From an uncultured Enterobacteriaceae bacterium (GTDB lineage: Bacteria; Desulfobacterota; Binatia; Bin18): 64,000 bases of DNA. The notes below the pieces were generated by a model. It was given only the letters and a program-made list of their open reading frames with translations. It was not told where the DNA came from and made no database searches. The stretch covers positions 69,357-133,356 of the forward strand of contig CAZBUD010000001.1 of assembly GCA_964495015.1 (NCBI GenBank). Reading direction: 5' to 3'. How positions within the stretch are numbered: the stretch's first letter is position 1; each line of letters opens with the position of its first letter. The position numbers and the translations under genes are program-made. This document shows, piece by piece, positions 33,959-42,318 of this stretch.

Positions 33959-36229
33959 TTACCCGTTTTTCTCCAAGATCGCCTTACACAGCCGGGGTGG
34001 CGACATCGGCAGATCGGCCATGCGGACCCCGGTCGCGCTGTAGATCGCGTTAGCGATAGCTGCAGGCGGGGGGATGATAGGCACCTCGCCCACACCGCGT
34101 ACGCCAACCGGATGGCCCGGGTTGGGCACCTCGACCAGCACGGTTTCAATCATGGGCAGGTCCAGGCAGGTCGGCATCCGATAGTCCAGAAAGCCCGCGT
34201 TCTGCATTCTGCCGTCATCACCGTAGACGTATTCTTCGTTGAGCGCCCAACCGATGCCTTGGGCCACACCGCCCTGCATCTGGCCTTCAACATAGCTCGG
34301 ATGAATAGCAGTACCAACATCCTGGACTGCAGTGTAGCGTAGAATATCGACCTTGCCGGTCTCCTCATCAACCGCGACATCCACCACATGGGTGGCAAAG
34401 GCGGGACCAACGCCACGCGGGTTGACCGACGCCCGGCCCGTGACTGGCCCGCCCGTACGCGGCAGTTTGCCCGAGAGTTCTTTGAGAGTCATCGACTCGT
34501 TGCCATTAGCCGTGCAGGTGAATACGCCGTCCTGAAACGTGACTTTATCGGCTTCGACTTTCCAAGACTTCGCAGCACGCTCTTTCAGTTGACTGAGCAC
34601 ATCCTGAGCCGCTTCGTATACCGCAGTCCCGGTGGCAAAGGTCACCCGGCTGCCGCCGGTCATATCGGTATGACCAATGGACTCGGTATCCGCCACAACG
34701 GGGTGAACTTCTTCTGCAGTCAGTCCCAAGACCTCAGCCGCAATCATGGCGCACGACGTCCGCGTGCCACCAATATCGGTCGAACCGGTTACCACATTGG
34801 CCGTGCCATCGCTATTAATCGCTACAGTCGCGCTCGACTGAAAACCGGCGTTGAACCAAAAACCCGATGCCACACCACGCCCAACCCGCCGGCCTTCGAC
34901 CTTGGGCAACTCGGATTTAAAGTGGTCACTGGTCTTAGCCGCCTCAACAGTTTCGAGATAGCCGATCTGTCCAAATTTTGGGCCGGCCGGTTGGGCCGTG
35001 CCCTCTTTAGCCCCATTGATGCGCCGGAATTGAAGCGGATCTATGCCGAGCTTTTCCGCTAGCTCGTCAATAACGGTCTCTGAGCCCATGGACGCATTGG
35101 TTGACCCTGGAGCCCTGTATGCTGCTGTCTTGGGCTTATTGACCAACACGTCATAGCCGTCGATCTTGAGGTTCTCAATGTCATACGGGGTAATAACCGT
35201 CATACAGCCGGCGCCAACCGGGGAGCCCGGGAACCCGCCCGCTTCATACGCCATCCAGACTTCGGCAGCCGTAATTTTTCCGTCCTTATCCGCGCCCATC
35301 TTCACCTTGATATGTGAGCCCGGAGTCGGCCCGGTGGCTTTAAGCACCTCAGCCCGGCTCATGACCATCTTGACCGGCTTGCCTGTTTTTTTTGATAGAA
35401 TCAAGGAAATAGGTTCAAAGTAGACTGGAATCTTGCCGCCAAACCCACCACCGATTTCGGCCGGAATGACCTTAATTTTACTTGCCGGCATGTCAAGAAC
35501 CATGGCCGTTTGATCACGGGCCGTAAACGCACCCTGAGTGCTCACCCAAATCGTGCTTTGCCCGTCCGAACTGTATTGGGCCACCGAGTTATGAGGCTCG
35601 ATATAGCCCTGGTGGACCATGGAGGTATCAAATTCGCGCTCAACGACGACCTCAGCCGCGGCAAACCCGGCAGCAAGATCGCCGCGCTCGAACTGAACAT
35701 GGTTGGCAACATTGGTGTCTTTTGGTTCCCCCTCGTTCCCTTTTCCTAATCCAGGTAAGAGAATGGGGGCATCATCATTCATGGCTTCCATAACGTTCTG
35801 CACATGTGGCAGCACTTCATAGTCAACCTTGATCAGTTTGAGTGCTTCCTCAGCAATATGCGGGCTCGTCGCTGCAACCGCAGCCACAACATGGCCGTCG
35901 TAGACGACCTTGTCCCGGGCGATACAGTTCAAAGACATATGTTGCGGGTTGACCGGCAGCTCACCCATTTGGGCCATACCCGGTTCAATATTCGGCAAAT
36001 CTTGAGCAGTAACCACAGCCTTCACCCCAGGCAGAGCCTCGGCAGCTGAGGTATCGATTGATTTAATATTGGCGTGGGCATGTGGGCTGCGCAGGGTTTT
36101 ACCATGCAGGAGGCCCGCCAGATCGATATCGGCCCCGTACTGCGCCCGACCTGTGACCTTATCAGCGCCGTCGTGTCGAATCGGACGCGTCCCAATGACC
36201 TTAAACTTGTGTTCTTGCTGCGCTGCCAT
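33959..36229 (-). CDS. Mo-hydroxylase large subunit, paralogue L1
   Basis: 756 aa. Its ATG lies 2 nt after the S-subunit stop, with the RBS GGGAGG. Motifs FKVIGTRPIRHDGADKVTGRAQYGAD, AEIGGGFGGK, AYRAPGSTN and VRGVGEVPIIPPPAAIANAI. Confidence 0.9.
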   Translation of the reverse strand: MAAQQEHKFKVIGTRPIRHDGADKVTGRAQYGADIDLAGLLHGKTLRSPHAHANIKSIDTSAAEALPGVKAVVTAQDLPNIEPGMAQMGELPVNPQHMSLNCIARDKVVYDGHVVAAVAATSPHIAEEALKLIKVDYEVLPHVQNVMEAMNDDAPILLPGLGKGNEGEPKDTNVANHVQFERGDLAAGFAAAEVVVEREFDTSMVHQGYIEPHNSVAQYSSDGQSTIWVSTQGAFTARDQTAMVLDMPASKIKVIPAEIGGGFGGKIPVYFEPISLILSKKTGKPVKMVMSRAEVLKATGPTPGSHIKVKMGADKDGKITAAEVWMAYEAGGFPGSPVGAGCMTVITPYDIENLKIDGYDVLVNKPKTAAYRAPGSTNASMGSETVIDELAEKLGIDPLQFRRINGAKEGTAQPAGPKFGQIGYLETVEAAKTSDHFKSELPKVEGRRVGRGVASGFWFNAGFQSSATVAINSDGTANVVTGSTDIGGTRTSCAMIAAEVLGLTAEEVHPVVADTESIGHTDMTGGSRVTFATGTAVYEAAQDVLSQLKERAAKSWKVEADKVTFQDGVFTCTANGNESMTLKELSGKLPRTGGPVTGRASVNPRGVGPAFATHVVDVAVDEETGKVDILRYTAVQDVGTAIHPSYVEGQMQGGVAQGIGWALNEEYVYGDDGRMQNAGFLDYRMPTCLDLPMIETVLVEVPNPGHPVGVRGVGEVPIIPPPAAIANAIYSATGVRMADLPMSPPRLCKAILEKNG

Positions 36230-36231
36230 GA

Positions 36232-36708
36232 TTACCTCCCTTGCATTTCAGAAGCGGCATCCTGGACCGCTCTCACAATTTTGTCATAGCCTGTGCAGCG
36301 GCAGAGATTGCCGGCCAGGGCGTAACGTATTTCGTGTTCGGTTGGATTGGGATTACGGTCGAGCAGCGCCTTGGACGTGACCAGAAAGCCAGGCGTGCAG
36401 ATCCCGCACTGGAGCGCCGCATGCTCGAGAAATTTCTTTTGCAGCGGATGCAGCGTATCTCCATCAGCCAACCCTTCCACGGTCGTAATCTCTTTGCCTT
36501 CCGCCTCAACACCAAGTACGAGACACGAGTCGGCGGGCCGTCCGTCCATAATGACGCTACATGCGCCACAGTCACCCGTCAGACAGCCTTCTTTTGTGCC
36601 CGTATACCCGACGACGTCACGCAGCACTTCGAGCAAACTCTGACGTGGTTCACACAAAAACTCGGTCTCTTCTCCGTTTAAAGTCATTTGAACATGTACT
36701 TTTTTCAT
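36232..36708 (-). CDS. Mo-hydroxylase small (2x[2Fe-2S]) subunit
   Basis: 158 aa. Motifs TGDCGACSVIMDG and CGICTPGF...CRCTGY. Confidence 0.9.
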   Translation of the reverse strand: MKKVHVQMTLNGEETEFLCEPRQSLLEVLRDVVGYTGTKEGCLTGDCGACSVIMDGRPADSCLVLGVEAEGKEITTVEGLADGDTLHPLQKKFLEHAALQCGICTPGFLVTSKALLDRNPNPTEHEIRYALAGNLCRCTGYDKIVRAVQDAASEMQGR

Positions 36709-36767
36709 GCTTTTCCTACCTTCCCCAAGACATCACTAGAGTATGGCTACCATGGGCGTGCGCACTA

Positions 36768-37637
36768 TCATCGTGCGCGTGCGCGTGCGGCCGCTTCCTT
36801 CAGGGTGCGCCGGGTGAGGACGCCAACCAGATGGGTCCGAAACTCTGCCGTGCCCCGCATATCATCAATGGGCGAGGCTGCTTGCTGAGCAAGTTTTGCC
36901 GCCGCAGCAATAGTCTCATCATTCAGCGGCCTGCCCACAAGGGAATCTCCCGCTTCTTTGGCAAAGAGTGGTCGTGCGGCAACCGCACCCAGACCAATGC
37001 GCGCGGCCGTACAGGTGTTCCCATCAAGGGCAACACACGAACCCACACCGACGACGGCAATATCCATTTCATTTCGGGGAATAAAGCGTTGGTAACAATC
37101 AGCAGCCTTTCCTTGCAGCGCAGGAATCCGCAGTTCTACGAGGAGTTCATTGGGTTCAAGCACCGTTTGGCCAGGAGCAGTTACAAAATCTTCAACCGGA
37201 ACCTCACGCGTACCATTGGGTCCGGCGATGTGACATACGGCGCTCAGGGCTATCAGAGCCGGTGTTGTATCTGCTGCGGGCGATCCATTACATACATTTC
37301 CGCCCACCGACGCGCGCGCGAGCACCTGATCGGAACCAATCAGTCCAGCGGCTTCTACTAGCCCGGGATATTGCTGCTGCGCGGTGGCATCTTCGATGAT
37401 CTTACAGCAGGCCAGCGAAGCTCCGAGGCGGAGTCCATTCTGGGTGTTAAAAGACAGCGTTTGGAGTTCTGGGATCTTTTTGGCGTCAATCACCTGTCCC
37501 GGTTGTCGTACACCAGCACGCATCTGGATAATCAGATCCGTGCCTCCAGCTAACAGACGCCCATTTTCACCCGCCGCCGCCAGCATGCTGATGGCCTGAT
37601 CGAGCGAAGTCGGCGCTTCATAAGTCAGTTCGTGCAA
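36768..37637 (-). CDS. Mo-hydroxylase medium (FAD-binding) subunit
   Basis: 289 aa with a TTG start and the RBS AGGAGGA. Motifs LLAGGTDLIIQMR and ASVGGNVCNGSPAADT. Confidence 0.9.
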   Translation of the reverse strand: MHELTYEAPTSLDQAISMLAAAGENGRLLAGGTDLIIQMRAGVRQPGQVIDAKKIPELQTLSFNTQNGLRLGASLACCKIIEDATAQQQYPGLVEAAGLIGSDQVLARASVGGNVCNGSPAADTTPALIALSAVCHIAGPNGTREVPVEDFVTAPGQTVLEPNELLVELRIPALQGKAADCYQRFIPRNEMDIAVVGVGSCVALDGNTCTAARIGLGAVAARPLFAKEAGDSLVGRPLNDETIAAAAKLAQQAASPIDDMRGTAEFRTHLVGVLTRRTLKEAAARARAR

Positions 37638-37762
37638 GGTCTCCTCCTTTTCCTAATAAACCGTATTGGAAAATCTATTTATCCCTTGTAGACTCCTAGA
37701 TTGCTATAGAAAAGTGCCAGGGAGTGCAAGGGTTCTTACAAGGATTATCAGTGATTCCCTTG

Positions 37763-38362
37763 CTACGTTTTTGTGGCACCCACCCACTGGGCGTACGCTT
37801 TGGGAGTATCAATATCGGCCCGGATACCTGGATCGTCGAAGCAGACTTCCCGGACGCGATTGGGGTCCTTTCGGACGACTACTTTGGCGCCTTGATCCAG
37901 CGGCGCGGCCAGAATCTCCCCATATACGAGACTGGAGAAAAGGACAGGATGTCCTCGTCGGCCTTGATACGAAGCAATAATAATGGGGAGTGGATCTGCG
38001 CGAAATGACGAGATAAGCGTTTGTATTGTCTCTGCCTTCACCAGGGGATGGTCCACCAGATTCACAACAGCCGCCTCACTTTCGGACGACAGCGCATGAA
38101 TGCCAAACATAAGCGACGATAATTGCCCAAGTCGATGGCGTGGATTCACCCTAACCTGGAGCATACGATGATCCGGCACGGCGGCGCGGATTCTCCCCTC
38201 ATGTTCATGCGCTCCGAGAACAACGATCAATTCGTCTACTCCGGCAGTCACGAAAGCATCACAGATATTCTCAATAAACGTCCGTCCCTGGTAGTCGAGT
38301 AACGCTTTGGGCGAGCCCATACGCCGCGACTCACCTGCAGCCAAGACAATTCCGGAGATCAT
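37763..38362 (-). CDS. mocA: MobA-like nucleotidyltransferase, probable molybdenum cofactor cytidylyltransferase
   Basis: 199 aa. Motif GIVLAAGESRRMGSPKALL. An ATGA overlap with the xdhC stop and the position within a Mo-hydroxylase cluster support the call. Confidence 0.75.
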   Translation of the reverse strand: MISGIVLAAGESRRMGSPKALLDYQGRTFIENICDAFVTAGVDELIVVLGAHEHEGRIRAAVPDHRMLQVRVNPRHRLGQLSSLMFGIHALSSESEAAVVNLVDHPLVKAETIQTLISSFRADPLPIIIASYQGRRGHPVLFSSLVYGEILAAPLDQGAKVVVRKDPNRVREVCFDDPGIRADIDTPKAYAQWVGATKT

Positions 38363-39540
38363 GAACGGTTGGAGCCCGTGAACTTGAGTGCCCCGCTCGG
38401 ACGAGCCTTGGCCGCCAACGAGAGCGTATCAACCGGACCGTTACGACGCGCCCGTATGAGCTCAGCAGCAATTGCAACCGCAATCTCAGCTGGTGTTTCG
38501 GCCGCAATATCAAGTCCCAAAGGCGTGTGCACCCGGCTCAGGTCTTGCGGGTTATAGCCCTGTTCAACCAGGCGTTCGAGCGTCCTCTTTGACCGGCGCC
38601 GACTCCCAATCATACCGATATAGGCCGGGTTCTTTTTGAGCACAATCTTGACCGAAACTTCATCCCATACATGTCCACGCGTCACCACAACTACCAAGGT
38701 CTGCTCTTTCATATCGAGGCTGTTTAACACGTCTTCAAACGGTCCGACTCGAATATCTGCCGCACGGGGAAAGCGTTCACGATTGGCAAAGGCCTGACGG
38801 TCGTCCACCACGACAGTATGAAAGCCCAGCATGAAACCTATTTCACATAAGGGCTGAGCAATATGTCCAGCACCAACGATGAGTAAGGTCTGAAGCCCGG
38901 TCTGGACATCTACAAAAACACGTGGCCAATCCTCCTTGCGAGCAACAGCGTCTTCGAATACTTCACCGTTTGGTGAGACGGCAAAGAGTTGTGGTTTCCC
39001 GGTAGAAAGTGACGAAGAAAAAGTTTTGACTGTTTCCTCTGCAATGGGAACATCCGGAGAGAGAGACGCGCCACTCGGGTCGAGAGACAGACAGCTTTTT
39101 GTACCGGGTAGTACATCACGGACAGAATTGAGGGCCGTCACCAAAGCCGCCGGACGACGGGCATGGGCTGCCTGTGCCAACGTATGGGCAAGTTCGCGGT
39201 GTTCATCCGGCCGCCACAGATCGAGCGCGACGTCCATCAAACCACCACAGACCTGGATTTCATCCTGGTCGAAATCGCCCGTTAGATCAACCTGAACAAT
39301 GCGTGGAGACAGATTTTGGCGTGGCGGTAGGTTTTGGTCGAGAAGCGGATAGGCTCGGCGCAGGACTTCGCCTTCACCACATCCGCCACCAATCGTTCCA
39401 AACGGCTGCCCTTCGGGCGGGACAACCATTTTTGCGCCAACTTCACGCGGGACTGACCCGCGTGTACGGATAATGGTGGCTAAAACAAACGGCTTACCGG
39501 ATGCCAAAATTTCTTCGGCACGTTCCCAGAGATCTTCCAC
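38359..39540 (-). CDS. xdhC: XdhC/CoxI-family Moco insertion/sulfuration accessory protein
   Basis: 393 aa with a GTG start. It has the N-terminal XdhC_CoxI motif (GKPFVLATIIRTRGSVPREVGAKMVV) and a C-terminal Rossmann domain (LLIVGAGHIAQPL...VVVTRGH..D). Confidence 0.85.
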   Translation of the reverse strand: MEDLWERAEEILASGKPFVLATIIRTRGSVPREVGAKMVVPPEGQPFGTIGGGCGEGEVLRRAYPLLDQNLPPRQNLSPRIVQVDLTGDFDQDEIQVCGGLMDVALDLWRPDEHRELAHTLAQAAHARRPAALVTALNSVRDVLPGTKSCLSLDPSGASLSPDVPIAEETVKTFSSSLSTGKPQLFAVSPNGEVFEDAVARKEDWPRVFVDVQTGLQTLLIVGAGHIAQPLCEIGFMLGFHTVVVDDRQAFANRERFPRAADIRVGPFEDVLNSLDMKEQTLVVVVTRGHVWDEVSVKIVLKKNPAYIGMIGSRRRSKRTLERLVEQGYNPQDLSRVHTPLGLDIAAETPAEIAVAIAAELIRARRNGPVDTLSLAAKARPSGALKFTGSNRS

Positions 39541-39637
39541 GTCACGAATCCTATCTGAATGGTGAGGGGTAAAGCAATGGAACCCTTTGTCCCTTGAAGT
39601 GAACTCTTGCTGGCTTTCTTTTCCTCACTTATGCTAC

Positions 39638-40708
39638 ATGCTGATGCAGGCCCGTTTCTTGACCCAACTCGATCTTTCTCCGGCCCAGAGCGTGGCGACC
39701 GATCAGTATTTTCTCCAAACGATAGGCAGCACGCGGACGCCGATCTTACGCCTCTATACCTATCCAGGCGATGTCGTTCTGCTTGGCCGGTATCATGCAC
39801 TCGACTCTTTCGCCGAAAACACAACGATTAGCATGACTCGCCGTCTGACTGGCGGGCGAATATTCCCCAGCGGTCACGGCTTCGTCCAATTCTCTCTGAT
39901 CCTCCCCCATCGCTCAGCTTTATTCTCTGACGATCCGTATCACCTCGCCCCGTTCCATGTTCTCAATCGCTATGTGCGCGGAGTCTTACACGGCCTTAAA
40001 ACAAACAGCGTCGAGGCCTTTTATCCCGGTCGTGATTTTCTCACTATCCATCGGCTGCCCATCGGCTGGATTTCGTTTGTGACCGAGGATAATGGTGCGC
40101 TGTTGTGCGAAGGCGGACTGTTTGTCCAACGGGATATGAGCCTGCTGCCACATTTGCTCGATCGGGTCGATCCACATGGGGCGCTGCCGTGTCAGCTCTT
40201 TATGCCAGACCAAATAGCTAATTTAGAAAAGACAAGAGGCAAGACCGTTCCCATATCGCAGGTAACGGATTTACTCCGTAGAGGTTTTGCTCAGCAGTTC
40301 GGCCAGTTTGGTTTAGAGCTGAACGATCAGAACCTCAGCGCAACTGAGCAGAAAGCCATAGAGTCTCTTACTCAGGAAAAATCGGCTGCCCGTCGGTTGG
40401 AAGAACGCTCCGTCCGATCTGATCTTTCTTGTTTTGTAACAACGGCAACCCCCCTCGGACAACTTCAAATCCGTTTCTCAGTAACTCCAGAAAACGCAAT
40501 CGTTGAAGTCCAGTTCTCAGGCGACTGTATTGCCAACCCGGCAGGTATCAGCGCACTGGAATACAATCTTCAAAAGTGTCCGCTTGAGAAAGAATCTCTT
40601 TGGAAAGTTATTGATCGTACGTTTCTTCAACCGGAGCATTATCTGCTCGGAGTCGGGACGCTGGAGACACTGCCGGATGTTATTTTGAAGGGCCTAGAGG
40701 ATCAATGA
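39638..40708 (+). CDS. lipoate/biotin protein ligase-fold (LplA-like) protein lacking the catalytic lysine
   Basis: The track ORF is 39587..40708; the first ATG is 39638 and the start is uncertain. PILRLYTYPGDVVLLGRY, RRLTGGRIFPSG and GRDFLTIHRLPIGWISF..NGALLCEGGL align by eye to LplA (RRSSGGGAVFHD; GDRKVSGSAYRE..HHGTLL), with the ligase Lys position occupied by Leu. A C-terminal LplA-like accessory domain is present. Confidence 0.65.
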   Translation: MLMQARFLTQLDLSPAQSVATDQYFLQTIGSTRTPILRLYTYPGDVVLLGRYHALDSFAENTTISMTRRLTGGRIFPSGHGFVQFSLILPHRSALFSDDPYHLAPFHVLNRYVRGVLHGLKTNSVEAFYPGRDFLTIHRLPIGWISFVTEDNGALLCEGGLFVQRDMSLLPHLLDRVDPHGALPCQLFMPDQIANLEKTRGKTVPISQVTDLLRRGFAQQFGQFGLELNDQNLSATEQKAIESLTQEKSAARRLEERSVRSDLSCFVTTATPLGQLQIRFSVTPENAIVEVQFSGDCIANPAGISALEYNLQKCPLEKESLWKVIDRTFLQPEHYLLGVGTLETLPDVILKGLEDQ

Positions 40709-41511
40709 ATCGCTCTCAAATCGCCACAGACCTTCTTTCAAACGATATCCAAATAAGTCTTTCAGCGCTCAGCGCGCTTGGAGAACAAGACCATCAGACT
40801 CCTCTTGCGCCAGATATCTGCCGCAGTCTTCTCCAGTGTCTTGGTCACAATCAGAAAAACGTTCAACGTGCTGCGGCGGCCCAACTGATCCATTTCGCCC
40901 CCGACCAGCCTGAAATCTTTACAGCCCTGACACACAGATTGTCCGATCCGGACTCGCGTGTCCGCTGGACAGCCGCATTTACCCTGTCACAGCTGGACCT
41001 GCCCGGCCCTTCTCCGTTGCCCGTACTCATTGAAAACCTCGGCCACCAGGAAAGCGACCTACGCTGGGCTGCTGCAACCGCGCTATTGCACTTAGCAGAA
41101 CAGCATCGTCACGCGGTTGTCTCGGCAATGATCCGTCTAGTCTACGCTGACAATGCCGTCCAACGTCGTATGGCCCTCTACTGTCTGCGTGATCTTGGAC
41201 AGACGGGTCACGAGGCGCAGGCAGCCTATCTAGCCAGCCTGAACGACGCAGATGCTATGGTCCGATTGGGAGGACTGTCCTGCCTCGGCAGGCTCCGGCT
41301 CACAAGTGTAACGATCTGTGAGTCCACCCTTCGGCTCTTATTAAATGATCCAGATATGGGCGTGCGGCGTTCGACTGCGGTCACACTTGGACAGATCGGA
41401 GATTCGAATCCGGCAGTCCTCGAAGCGCTGCAAACAGCTTCTCGCGGCGCTGATACTGGCCTGCGCAAAGCCGCCGTCAGAGCGCTGGTAAAATTATCGG
41501 AACGTTTATAA
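40705..41511 (+). CDS. HEAT (PBS-lyase-type) repeat protein
   Basis: 268 aa with an ATGA overlap with the upstream gene. It has repeated units such as L.D.D..VR..AA.AL (LSDPDSRVRWTAAFTL, QESDLRWAAATAL, NDADAMVRLGGLSCL, NDPDMGVRRSTAVTL, ADTGLRKAAVRAL). Confidence 0.75.
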   Translation: MNRSQIATDLLSNDIQISLSALSALGEQDHQTPLAPDICRSLLQCLGHNQKNVQRAAAAQLIHFAPDQPEIFTALTHRLSDPDSRVRWTAAFTLSQLDLPGPSPLPVLIENLGHQESDLRWAAATALLHLAEQHRHAVVSAMIRLVYADNAVQRRMALYCLRDLGQTGHEAQAAYLASLNDADAMVRLGGLSCLGRLRLTSVTICESTLRLLLNDPDMGVRRSTAVTLGQIGDSNPAVLEALQTASRGADTGLRKAAVRALVKLSERL

Positions 41512-41544
41512 CGTTGACGACAAAACAATGGCCCGTTACGACAA

Positions 41545-41745
41545 CTAGCCGGTGGGTTCGCTTTTCAGCAGCTCCACAATGGCCTGCTGCTGAGTCTTGG
41601 AACGTGCTTGTTTCTTGCCCTTCCCGTCCAAAACAAACAGGCCACGTTTGTACCGCCCTCCGCCGTGCTGGCAGGTTGCCCATAACTTCTGCCAGCGTTC
41701 CGGAGAATGCACCCACCTTTTGAGTATCCTCTCTTGGCTTGCCAT
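41545..41745 (-). CDS. hypothetical small protein (may be a remnant)
   Basis: 66-aa ORF preceded by the RBS AGGAAAG. No confident similarity. Confidence 0.25.
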   Translation of the reverse strand: MASQERILKRWVHSPERWQKLWATCQHGGGRYKRGLFVLDGKGKKQARSKTQQQAIVELLKSEPTG

Positions 41746-41746
41746 A

Positions 41747-42285
41747 CTATTGTCTTTCCTGAATTCTTGTGGCAGCGCAAGAGCAGCTCAAGAGACGAAG
41801 GAACCACCCACGCCGATTCAATCCTCCAAACCAAGCCACTCGCACACCACCGACCGCACGCAGACGATACGTCATAACCGTCTCAAAGCCAAGCGCTTCC
41901 ATGCGGCGTGTCTCCGCGTCCAGGTCGTCGGCAAACCAGGTCAGGTATTGTACCCCCGTCTATCCCAGCGCGTACATTCCCCGCGCACCGGATGGGTTAT
42001 TGCAACGCTGTTGAAACAGCTCGACTTGAGGGCGCCCCATTGGCCGACGCCGGACGACTGATCCAGCGTGGAAGGTTTGCCGCGATAGGTCAGCTCGTCG
42101 AGTTGAATATGCCGGAACAGGAAAAACGGTCCCGCCCGCATTGTCTCAACCCACTGCTGGGCCGAGGCTTCCACATCTGCCAACACAAGCCGCCCGCCTC
42201 GGCTGGCAAGTGCACGCGCCAAGGCCAGTCTAATCCCACTTGCTCGGCCAGTGATGCCGGCGACTTGGTCCGTAAGTTGTTCCAT
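41747..42285 (-). pseudogene. chimeric remnant: degenerate SDR N-terminus fused to a VOC-family gene carrying a frameshift and an in-frame stop
   Basis: VAGITGRASGIRLALARALASRGGRLVLADV is a decayed TGxxxGIG motif. It runs directly into VOC-like GPFFLFRHIQLDELTYRGKP... The continuation VELFQQRCNNPSGARGMYALG*TGVQYLTWFADDLDAETRRMEALGFETV is in another frame, with TAG at 41960-41962. Confidence 0.6.
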
Positions 42286-42318
42286 CCTGCTTCAATCCCT
42301 CAATACTTTGAGCCTTGT

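Noticed and set aside
37700-37725. Sigma-54-like TGGCAC element upstream of the M subunit gene (minus strand).
   Set aside because: The downstream GC dinucleotide is 2 nt too far from the GG (TGGCAC-N9-GC instead of the consensus spacing), and there is no TTGC. No enhancer-binding protein gene is nearby.
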